Shown here one piece after another: positions 1 to 10,365 of a stretch of 64,000 bases of DNA. The stretch is taken from contig NW_005434638.1 in assembly GCF_000315625.1 (NCBI RefSeq), positions 526,121 to 590,120 on the forward strand. Direction: 5' to 3'. How positions within the stretch are numbered: position 1 is the stretch's first letter; each line of letters starts with the position of its first letter. The notes under the pieces are model-generated. The model saw only the letters and a list, made by a program, of their open reading frames with translations. It did no database searches and was not told the DNA's origin. Source of the DNA: Guillardia theta CCMP2712. Taxonomy: Eukaryota; Protista; Cryptophyta. The translations under genes and the position numbers were made by a program.

Positions 1-18
1 AGGGTTGGCAGGTCGATC

Positions 19-2145
19 GTGAAGCAGAGCTTGGTGAAGTGGGGATACTACGAGAACGTCTGCACCTTCTCGTACACGCAGGCTTGGTGGGACTGGGAGC
101 GGTGGGAGAGAGAGATCGACTGGATGGCAATGAGCGGCATCAACCTTCCCCTCTCCTTGACTGGCCAGGAGTATATCTCTCAGCGCGTCTTCAGGAGGCT
201 CGGACTCACAGACGAGCAGATGGCCTCCTACTTCACGGGCCCTGCCTTCCTTGCCTGGAACAGGATGATCAACATCAAGGCCTGGGGAGGGGGCCTCACG
301 CAGTCCTGGATAGATCAGCAGAGAGATCTCCAGCTCAAGATCCTCGCGAGGGAGAGAGAGCTGGGAATGCTGCCTGTGCTCCCTGCCTTTGCTGGGGGTG
401 TGCCCGAGGGAATGAAAAGCCTGTTCCCTGAAGCAAAGTTCACCCGCCACGGCAACTGGGGCGGATTCGCTGAGCAGCACTGCTGCGTGATGATGGTGGA
501 CCCGACGGACCCTCTCTTCCTCAAGATCGGCAAGATGTTCGTCGAGGAGGTGCGAGCGGTCTACGGCAGCAATCACATCTACTCCTGCGACACCTTCAAC
601 GAGAATCGGCCGAGGAGCGAGCATGGAAGCGTCGGGCTAGACTTCCTGTCGCACTCCTCCCGAGCAGTCTTCGAGTCGATGCGAGCAGCTGACCCCGACG
701 CCGTGTGGCTGATGCAAGGGTGGCTGTTCATGAACGACGCCAGGTTCTGGCAGAAGAGGGAGCTCGACGCGTATCTCAGCGGCGTGCCTGAGGACAGGAT
801 GATCATCCTTGACCTCTTCACCGACGTGTTCCCCGTGTGGAAGAGGAGGGACCTGCAGCGGCCGACGCCGATCGAGAAGAGAAGGTGGGTCTGGAACATG
901 CTACACTCCTTTGGAGGGAATTCAGGCATGTACGGGAGGCTGCAGGTGATCTCCAAGGACCCGGTGGTTGCCAAGAAAGAGTCCCAGACGATGGTGGGGG
1001 TGGGGATCACGACTGAGGGTATCGAGCAGAACCCAGTGGTATATGAGATGATGGCGGAGATGCGGTGGAGGGAGCAGGAGGTCGACGTTATGAGCTGGGT
1101 CGAGAAGTGGGCGGACAGGAGGCTCGGGCCGGAGGCTTCGAGGGAGAGGAAGGCCTTGGGGGAAGAGGCTTGGAGGGAGCTCGCTTCCACTGTCTACAGC
1201 TGCCCGGGCACGCAGATGGGGCAGGTGAAGAGCATGGTGGAGTCGCGGCCGCGGCTAGACTTGGCGTCAGGATGGATCCCTAACTCGGACTTCATGCCCA
1301 TCAAGAGGCACTACCCTGAAGAAGCCCTGGTGCGAGCATGGCTGAAGCTGCTGCGGGCGACGCGAGGAGGAGCCGATGGCTACACGTGCTCGAGCTCTGC
1401 TTCCTTCGACATAGCCGACGTGACCCGTCAGGTCCTCTCCGACCTCTTCGCCAGGCTCTTCCAGCCCCTCTCCTCCTTCTGCCAGACTCGCCTCGCCGGG
1501 TCTGCTGCTGTGCGGTCGTCCGCTCGAGGAGCAATCAGCACGGAGGAGGAGGCGGAGGAGAGGATGCAGACGCTGCTGGGCATCATCTCTGACATGGACA
1601 AGATGGTGGGGACGCAGCCGCGCATGCTGTTGGGGAAGTGGATCGAGGACGCGCGAGCGTGGGGGAAGAGCAAGGAGGAGGAGGAGGTGCTGGAGTTCAA
1701 CGCCAGGAACCTCGTGACGCTGTGGGGGCCGAGGGGAGAGATCGCCGACTACGCCTCGAAGCAGTGGCAGGGGTTGTTGTCAGACTACTACATGAGTAGG
1801 TGGAAGCTCTTCTTCGAGCACCTGCAGCAGGCGATCCGGGGGACACGAATCTTCAGCCAGCAGAGGTTCCAGCAGGAGCTTCTCGTCTTCGAGCAGCAGT
1901 GGCAGACGCGGACTTCGTCCTCCTTCCCCTCCTCCCCCGAGGGAAATGCAGTCGAACTGGCATGGCAGCTGCACGACAAGTACATCAAGCTGATCCAAGG
2001 AACGCTCGGACAGGGGACGGAGGATTTGCTTCCCCAAGGACCCGTCGTGCATGCTCCTGGGGCAGACATCCTTGCAGCTGATTCCCCGAGAGGAGGTGAG
2101 GAGGAGGAGGAGGAGGAGGAGCAAGAGGAGGAGCAAGAGGAGTAG
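19..2145 (+). CDS. NAGLU: alpha-N-acetylglucosaminidase (GH89), 5' end probably outside window
   Basis: GH89 motifs YYENVCTFSYTQAWWDWERWEREIDWMA, GPAFLAWNRM, YSCDTFNE, MLHSFGGN, EGIEQNPVVYE, EFNARNLVTLWGP, DYASKQW in a 708-aa ORF. Confidence 0.95.
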   Translation: MKQSLVKWGYYENVCTFSYTQAWWDWERWEREIDWMAMSGINLPLSLTGQEYISQRVFRRLGLTDEQMASYFTGPAFLAWNRMINIKAWGGGLTQSWIDQQRDLQLKILARERELGMLPVLPAFAGGVPEGMKSLFPEAKFTRHGNWGGFAEQHCCVMMVDPTDPLFLKIGKMFVEEVRAVYGSNHIYSCDTFNENRPRSEHGSVGLDFLSHSSRAVFESMRAADPDAVWLMQGWLFMNDARFWQKRELDAYLSGVPEDRMIILDLFTDVFPVWKRRDLQRPTPIEKRRWVWNMLHSFGGNSGMYGRLQVISKDPVVAKKESQTMVGVGITTEGIEQNPVVYEMMAEMRWREQEVDVMSWVEKWADRRLGPEASRERKALGEEAWRELASTVYSCPGTQMGQVKSMVESRPRLDLASGWIPNSDFMPIKRHYPEEALVRAWLKLLRATRGGADGYTCSSSASFDIADVTRQVLSDLFARLFQPLSSFCQTRLAGSAAVRSSARGAISTEEEAEERMQTLLGIISDMDKMVGTQPRMLLGKWIEDARAWGKSKEEEEVLEFNARNLVTLWGPRGEIADYASKQWQGLLSDYYMSRWKLFFEHLQQAIRGTRIFSQQRFQQELLVFEQQWQTRTSSSFPSSPEGNAVELAWQLHDKYIKLIQGTLGQGTEDLLPQGPVVHAPGADILAADSPRGGEEEEEEEEQEEEQEE

Positions 2146-2539
2146 GAGCCTAGGAAGTAACTGACTCCTTCGGTTGCTCAGAGCGAGAGGCAAGGGATGG
2201 AGAAGCCTTGCTGCTCGACGCTGCTCAAGGTGCAGGTCTCTTTCTCCTGGTTTCTTTCTCCCTACTGTGCTGACGGTGTGATTGCAGCTGAAGACTCAGC
2301 ATCCTCCTCCTCCTCCTCCTCCTCGAGGCGTCGGAGGAAGTCGCGGGAGGGAGTGGCGAGCGGCTCCTTGAGAGATCAGCTGGAGGGAAGGCAATAGGAG
2401 GAGGACGAGGCTGCTGTATTGAGATCATAATGACTGCGAAGATTGAACGACACATTAACAGAGCAGAAAAAAATTAAAAGGAGGGAAGTTGGAGGACTCT
2501 CCTTTCTTCCAACGTCTCTTCCACCACCTTAGTCTCCTC

Positions 2540-2570
<31 letters not shown>

Positions 2571-2615
2571 TCCTCCATTCTTGTCTCTATCATCACAGCT
2601 CGGGGATATGGTACA

Positions 2616-4580
2616 CTAGCGCACGAGCGAAGACCACGCGGCAGAGAAGTAGTCAGCACCTGCAACGACCTCATCGAGGCCGAAAGAGAGAGGAGGAGAG
2701 GGGGGGGGGGGGGGGGGGGGGAAAAGAGAAGGAAGGGGAAAAGGGGAAAAACAGTGGGGACAGGAAAATGGGGGATAGGGAGGGTAAAATTATCTTCTAC
2801 AGGGGGGGAAAAGGGGAAGGGGTCATTTTCTTTTTTGGCAAGGATGGAAAAANNNNNNNNNNNNNNNNNNNNNNNNNNNNNNNNNNNNNNNNNNNNNNNN
2901 NNNNNNNNNNNNNNNNNNNNNNNNNNNNNNNNNNNNNNNNNNNNNNNNNNNNCGAGAGAGAGAGGAGAGGGAGGGGGGGGGGGGCGGGAGAAAGAGAGAG
3001 AGAGGAAGAGGAGGAAAACGAGTGGGGACAGGACAATGGGCGATGAGGAGGCAAAGATAACGTTCGACAGGGAGGAGAAGGAGGAAGGTGACAGCACGAG
3101 GAAAGGAGAAGGAGGAAAGAAAGACTGGCATGGGAGGGAGAGAAGTAACCGGAAATGACTGCGAGAAGAGTTGAAACCCAGAGGAGGAGTATGGAGGTCC
3201 AGAAGAGTATGCCCAGTCCGCTCGCTCCTCCTGCTCACTACGTCAGACGCGCGAGGCACGTCTCTCCCGTTTTACCCGTCGGCATTACAAACAACAGGCC
3301 AGTGATTGCGAACATCTGCATGAGCGGAATGAGGCGAGGAGGAGGAGATGGGAAGGGGTAGGGTGCAAGAGGGGAGATAGTAAGGGAACGGAGGCGATGG
3401 AAGGGGAGGAGATGAGAGAGGAGGAGATGGAAGGGAAGGAGATGAGAGAGGAGGAGAGGGGGGGGGGGGAGATGGGTGCTGAGGAGGTGGGAGGACAGTA
3501 GGAGGTGGGAGAGGAGGAGATGGGAGGGGAGGGAGTCGCTCTGGAGGTAGCAGTGCAGAACCTGGATCGCTGTCTTCCACTTGCCGAGGTTCCCCACTTG
3601 TACTTCAGCTCTCTTGCCCTCCTGCGGGGGAATCTGAGGGGACGCCGAGGTACATGAGCACGCCGCTACCTGTGCCATCCACTCTCTCAGAGCAGACACG
3701 GCGATCTCTCTGCAGATGGTGATGGCGGAAGCGACTGCGACTCCTCCTCCCACCCGGCTATAACCCTGGGACACGAACATGATCCCACGAGCTCGAGGCC
3801 TGTGCAGAGTCCTCTCACCGCCGAGAGGAAGACGAGGGCAGTGGCGACCATGAGCTGGATCAGACTCGTCAGGTCATGAGGAGACTTGTCGTCATTGACT
3901 TGCCTTATCAGCTACGGGATCGAGGAAAGCGCCGAAGTTGGACGAAATTTTCCATCTCCTCGCCAGGTACCTGCTCTACCTATCAACAGAGAGGAGACGC
4001 ACTTTCTCCTTCTTCCTCACCCGTCCACCAGATCCGTCAGGGATGCGACAGCAAAGATGACCGAGGCGACGACGTTGCGACCCTGGCCGGCACGATCAGC
4101 GCTAAACCTTCTATGGGCTGAGAGGACATACCGGGTACGACGACACGAGAAAGGCAACCATGAGGGGTATCATCAAAACTCTCGCCTTGTCTTGCAGGTC
4201 ACTTGGGTGAAACCTCCACCTCCCCTCACCATCGTCAGGACGTTGGGCAAGTTCCACAAGTGCTTGTCCTTGGCCCACTTCCACTGCAATAGAAGAATGA
4301 TTATCTTAACACTGCATGTGAAATCTTCCAGCACCATGCTACTCGTTTCTCCCTCCTGTTTGTTGTTGTCTTCAGTGCCTTGAAGAGCTGTAGAAGCGTC
4401 TTTCTGCCATGATCGCGAACATGTCACTAAAACACTCTCAGACTTGCTGCACAAACCTTGCTGCTGTTCAGATTACGACCTTGTCTACAACATCGACAGA
4501 TCAGCATCCGAATCTTGAAACAGGGAGTCTGTTACCTCGATCGCATTTGCACTTGTGAGACTGAGTGGGGAAAGGTCATG
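2616..4580 (-). CDS. pgsA: CDP-diacylglycerol-glycerol-3-phosphate phosphatidyltransferase (PgsA/PGPS type), multi-exon; 5' end uncertain, may extend to ~5590
   Basis: spliced exons read HLWNLPNVLTM, GYLARRWKISSNFGAFLDPVADK (CDP-alcohol phosphotransferase signature), ICREIAVSALREWMA, VGNLGKWKTAIQ, and last exon GADYFSAAWSSLVR* with stop at 2616-2618. Confidence 0.9.
2853..2952. other. assembly gap (100 N), inside an intron of the pgsA-like gene
   Basis: run of N flanked by purine-rich low-complexity sequence. Confidence 0.95.
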
Positions 4581-5402
4581 CGGCAGTAGTCGCGCTGTTT
4601 ATCACCTCTAGCGTCCAAGGCTGCGCTCGGATCAAACAGTCAAAGACAGCGACAAGACTCTGCGTTTACCTGTGAGAGGGAAGGAGCAACTGGGGGGCTG
4701 GCGGGCCAAGTCAGGCACGGGGGCCTTGACGAAGACTCTGTTGCAGGAGCTTGAAAAAGCTGCTGCCTTGTGAGACGTTTTCGCCCTGCTCAGACTAGGA
4801 CTAGGACACGTACCTGGCTTGCAGACAGGTCGGAAAGAGCTGGCGAAACCGTCGGTCAACGACCGCGGGCACAGAGGAGAGGGAGGAGAGAGCCATACCT
4901 GAGATGAGAGTGTTGTGGAGCCTCTGGTGGCAAGAATCCAGTCAGTCAGGGCTGAAGCCCAGCATGCGACTCGGGGACGATGAGGGCTCACCTAGTGGGA
5001 AGCTGCTGAGGGGCAACATCTCATCGTGGTAGTTTCGAAGATCCTGAATGAAATGCAATGAGCACAAGCCAAGATCGGGAGCTTTTTTTCTGCGAGTTCC
5101 CTCAGCCCTCATGGCATCTCTCTGCACACACCATGCTGTCTTGACCTCGCTGGCCTCCATCTCCATCCTGGCGCAGCACCTCGTGGCCTCGCTATCTCAC
5201 TCCACCGACCTCTCTGCTTCCTGTTCGCTGTGCTGTGCTGTGCTGTGTGTTCCATTCCTGAACATCTCTTCATTCCCTTCCCCTTCCCCTACCAGCCCCC
5301 TTATCCTGGCCCTTTTCCTTGCCTTTGCCCTTCTCTTCCCCTCTTTCCCCTCACCAGCTCCCCTCCCCTTCATTCCCTCGCTCCCCTTCACTCGTATATT
5401 TT

Positions 5403-5525
5403 CCTGTCCTGACCTGACCTGACCTGACCTGTCCCGTCCTGTCCTGTCCCGTCTTGTCCTGTCCTTTCCTGTCCTGTCCTGTCCTCTCCCGTCCTGTCCT
5501 GTCCTGTCCTGACCTGACCTGTCCT
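5403..5525. repeat. (CCTGT/CCTGA)n pentamer microsatellite
   Basis: direct inspection. Confidence 0.9.
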
Positions 5526-6081
5526 CTCAACCAAGTGCATTGCAGTTTGCCTTCATACTGCTGCGGAACAGCGTAACCACCCCTACCCATTCAGATCCAT
5601 ACCAAATTACCCCTACTGCCATCTATACCCATTGAAGTCCTACCCCACCCCCAGATTTTCCCGCCTACACTTAAAAGCGAGTGGGAGGGGTGGAAAATTT
5701 CAAGTCAGTCCTGAGTGAAGTTCGGATCGGGCGGCCGGGCCGTGCTGGCGGGCCCTCCCGGAGTCCCTTCAGTGCTCTTGCCGCCGTTCGGCCTGCCGCG
5801 CATTTTTACCTGCCATTCAGAGTCACTCACACTGTCAGGCAGACTCCGAGCATCCTGGCATCCTTGCTCATAGTCAGCGGCTCAGTATGCCGCCACTGGC
5901 AGTTGCGGATGATGCCATGATGGTTCAAGGTTAGTGCGGCCCGCCAGCCGCGCGGCATGACAGTTGAGAGTCAATCCGCCTACCTTCGGCTCTGATTCCA
6001 CCAGAGCACTGTACAATCACAAAACATGGTCTAACAAAGCGCTGAAAGAGAAATTTATTTTACAAATCACCTACTGTGCAC

Positions 6082-6627
6082 TCAGCTATCGAACAGTAGG
6101 TGGGCAGCATCGGTGTACAACAAGAAGTCACGAGAAATGCTTCGCCTCTTCCTGTATTGTTTCTTGCGATCCTCAAAGTCGCTGGTGTCTTTGTTTCTTT
6201 CAAACGTCAACCTGCATATTTTTGAAAACCGAAGAACGAATCTGCTAAGGATCGCCTGCACATACTTCCCAAGATTGAACACTCTCTGTACTAGGCCAGC
6301 GATGAGCATGTCTTTTGTGGTATAAGCTGCACTTGGCTCTGGTAGGGTAAGCGTGACACTTCTGCAGTCAGAGCTTCCTCTGACGCTGGAGTACTCCTGG
6401 GTTGCGGTTGACGAGGATGACGTCGTCCTCGAGGGTGTGTGGGTCACTTTCGTGACGTCAGGCCGCATTTGATCGGTTAACCATTTCTTGCTCGATTCCT
6501 CTCCGATGGTTTTTCTGAGCTCAATGAAGAAATATAGGTCTGCTACTTTGAGTTTCTTCATGGCCCTTTGATTGGTTGGAGATGATGGACATCTCGCGGG
6601 AACGCTATCGACGCGCGTTTTTTCCAT
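6082..6627 (-). CDS. hypothetical intronless protein (181 aa)
   Basis: ATG-initiated ORF with natural composition; no recognised motif. Confidence 0.35.
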   Translation of the reverse strand: MEKTRVDSVPARCPSSPTNQRAMKKLKVADLYFFIELRKTIGEESSKKWLTDQMRPDVTKVTHTPSRTTSSSSTATQEYSSVRGSSDCRSVTLTLPEPSAAYTTKDMLIAGLVQRVFNLGKYVQAILSRFVLRFSKICRLTFERNKDTSDFEDRKKQYRKRRSISRDFLLYTDAAHLLFDS

Positions 6628-7994
6628 TGCGGCAATGCCAAAAATTCACGATTGGTCTCAGTTTGGTGTTTAGACTTGATCTAACTCAAGAAAGGCGATC
6701 CCTTTTGTTTCCTGTTGCTTCTAATTTGCTCCGTGCTCCCTCCTGACGATGCTGGTAGATTCCTCGGTCTCGCCTTACCGCCTGTCCCCTTCCTCCTTTT
6801 ATCCGCCTGCGTCTCGGAGTGGCAAAATCGAAACGATTGGACAAATCTAATGAAATGATGACAGTCTTTGCCTCACTTGATGACGATTTTTATCTTTACT
6901 ACTGTCATCACACAGCACCTACCCTTCGAAAGAAGTTCACACAAGGGGTGTCCAACGACACAATTGTATTCCAAAACGATCGATTTCATGAATATGATGT
7001 CAGCAGTCATGAAGCACTTTACCCCATCATCCACCACCCGTTCTTTTCCATGGAATAAGAGGGGTACCTTGCGATGGTGTGTCCAAGTAAAGTATGAAAG
7101 CCAATCGTATTGGAGCAGTCATGTCTTCAGTTTAGCACCTAACATGACTGCTGACAGTCATCGACTTCGGATGGATCCGATCGACTACAGCGGGGGCAGG
7201 GAACCAGCAAGGTTGTATGGAATTAGTGCCCTGTGATCAAGGCTTTCAAAACGTCTGAGGCCGACTTGATCTTGTATTAGCATCTCAACTGTGGAAATGA
7301 CTAATAAATTTCCGTGGGGCAAAACTATCTAAAAGATCTAAAATTGTTACAGTCAGCCGAATGTAAAAGGAGGTTTTCGCTCAGATACAGCCAGCCACTG
7401 CCCAGGCATAGTGCCGCGGCCCGGCCGCCGGCCGGGCCGGATATGATATCACATTTACTCAAAGTTAAGTTAAAAGTCAGTACGAGGACAAACAGTCGGT
7501 ACTGGTACTACTTTTAGTCAAGGTACTTCGTTATGATACAAACTCATCAGATGTAACTAAACTTTTAATGGATTTATACAGTTGAGTTGAAATCCTGTAC
7601 AAATATCCGCAGACATCAGTACTGAATGTTTACTTCCGAAGTACCGACTCCGAAGCTTCCGGTACTGTAGGGATCCGAACTCCCGTACTATCCTTCTTAC
7701 TTCCCTGTTGCTCGAAGCATCCACCTCCCAGGCATGGCTCCTTGAAGAAGGGACGCTGCTGGCGAAAGAGTCGTCCTCAGCATCCATCTCCCTCCCACGT
7801 GTTGCTCCTGCTAGCTCGAGGAGCCGCAGTCAACTTGCCGAGGCGATCTCAGTCCTCCCGATCTTCCAGTCTCAGTCCTCCCGATCGGGGAAACAACGTT
7901 TGCCAGGCGCGGCATCTAGCCTTGTTGTTTTCATCCAGCCTTTCCTGTATCCATACCCACACCCACCTCCAAGTTCTCTAACGCTTGAGGAGGC

Positions 7995-9050
7995 ATGGGA
8001 ATGGCAGAGTCATACCTCTGCTGCACAGATCCACCCGAGGCCCAGCAGAAGATGAGGATCGTGCACCAGAAGAACGTCAGAGGGTCTCTCAAGCCCATCC
8101 TCTACTCACCCGAACAAGGATTTCAGCGCGGCGGCCGCGTGTCTCCAAGACATGACCAGGACAATATATCCAGAAAGAACATTCGATTCAAAGACCCTCC
8201 CGAGCATCAAGCAGCGCAAAGGAGTTTCAATGTGGTTGTCAATCATAATGAGCAACGTGAGAATAAAACAAGTGAATCAAAGCCGGCTTCCGACAAGGCA
8301 CCAGATGTCATGCTCGAGGCCTTCAGGCGCTTTCCCTCGTACCACAAGGGCAAGGTTACGCTCCAGGACATCGAGCAAAACCTGCGGAAAGTGTTGCCCG
8401 ACGCCAGGAATCTTGAATGTCTCAAGGCGTCTATCGCGCAGGCGAGGAAGCAGTCAGAAATCGATCAGGTACAGTGGGAGGACAAGGCATGCAGGAGATG
8501 AGACCCTGACTTGTCTGAGCAGGTCGATATCGAGACTTTCAGGAAGTCCTTTGAGACGCACTTCAAAGCAAGAGAGCAACCCACAATCAGCAGTGGAGAT
8601 CGATTTCAACACCAGTACCAGGCTAGATTCGGAGAAATGTTTGATAGCTTTTGAGTCTGGAATACTGATACTGTTCGATTCCTCTCGGAGCCGGATGGTC
8701 CTTGCGCTTCCTATCGGAGTCAGATGGTTGGGCCGACCTCGCGGTTTCTGGCTTTGACATGCAGGTCTTACAAGCATCCCATGACGCTGCCGAAGAACCG
8801 CCTCTACTAACACCCGCCGCCCCCATTTCTCGCTCCTTTCTCGCTCACGATCCAGTCCTTCTTCGACTCTCCCTCGCTGATCCATACTCATACTCGTATA
8901 CATCACCCGCACCTTAAGCTGGAGAGTGGTGTGAAACAAAAGCTATAACACGGGAGCACTGTCTTTTGCAGGAGATATTAAACTTGCGAAGGCCCTTTTC
9001 ACAAGATCATCGAGTTTTCCTAGGAGGACGAAAGATCACTGAGCTCTGAG
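7995..9050 (+). CDS. hypothetical multi-exon protein with degenerate EF-hand-like pair
   Basis: MLEAFRRFPSYHKGKVTLQDIEQNLRK and, after a GC-AG intron, VDIETFRKSF; gene ends uncertain. Confidence 0.45.
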
Positions 9051-9947
9051 ACTGATCCTCTGGCTGCCACGAGCCTTGAGGACCTCATAGATGGCAGCAC
9101 AAGAATCATGCTTTGTCAATGGTTGTCCCTGCAACAGTAGAGCATTGCCGGATACCAAGGCTCTGAGTCTGCTAACCGTTGAAGCTCTTGAAAGAAAGTG
9201 AGAAAGTTCAAGTCTGATTCAGCCTGATGGGTTTGCGTAACGTGAGAGGAGAGCAGAGTGTGTCAAAGCAGAACCCAAACAGGCGTCCTGATGTCATACT
9301 TGAGGCCTTCAGGCCGAACTCGGAAAATCGATCCTGGCAGAACTGTGGGAGGACAAGGACCGTCACTCGGACTGATGATGCATTGAGACTTTCAGGAAGC
9401 CTCAGGCTCGGACATCAGAATCATCCGTGACTTCAAGGCTGTTGACGAGGATCCGTTCAAAAAGAATTTCGACGCGGGGCCCTCAGCAACAAGCCTCTAG
9501 GTTGTCGCCGGATCGGATTTAAGTTACACGGCGGTGCACGCTGCGGCTCCTCTGACTTACTGAAGATCGGACTGACCGGGCCAGTAACTATGAACCACGT
9601 GCAAGCCCACTCAGTACAGGGCCGACCCGGAATGTTCAAGCCCGGGCTCGCTGGCCCGGATCACCGAGTCACGCCCGGTGGCCGCCCGGAGGGCCGGCCG
9701 AGTCCCGGACACGGTCACCACCTTTACTCAACTAGTGGACCGTTCGGTGCCCGGCGGCGGGATGATGACGGTGTCACTGAACGGGCAGCTGATGAAACGT
9801 GGCAGTCAAATTCCCGCCTGAGATTCCAAATTGTACAATCAAAATTAAAAGCTGAATTTCAGTAGCGCCAAGGTGTAATTCTAACTTTTAGAGGAGATTT
9901 TCAGCATTAAGGTTCAAATCATCCTTTGGACCGGAAATAGCGCAAAA

Positions 9948-10330
9948 ATGGTAGCCAGGAGGCGCATGGCGCTGGCCATGGTGGCGATGGTATTAGGTGA
10001 GGATGAGAGAAGAGGAGGAATTCATGATCCCTTCGTTATTATTGCTGCATTTGCTGGGGAGCTGGTTGCGTCTTGATGGTTTTACTTGTGTGGGGTATGG
10101 TGGGACTGAAATTGTTCCGGTGACGTGTCGTGGTATGTTGGAAGCAGTCTGCTGTTTGCCGGTTGCGTTGTTCACGAACTGATATATCTCTGTCTATCTC
10201 TATCTCTATCTCCATCTCCATCTCTATTCCCGCCTCCTCCTCCATTTTCCCTCTACCTCCACCCCCACCTCTACCACGATCAATTAGTTTCTGTACCTTG
10301 AGTATTATCTATCTCACTCACTCACTCACT

Positions 10331-10365
<35 letters not shown>

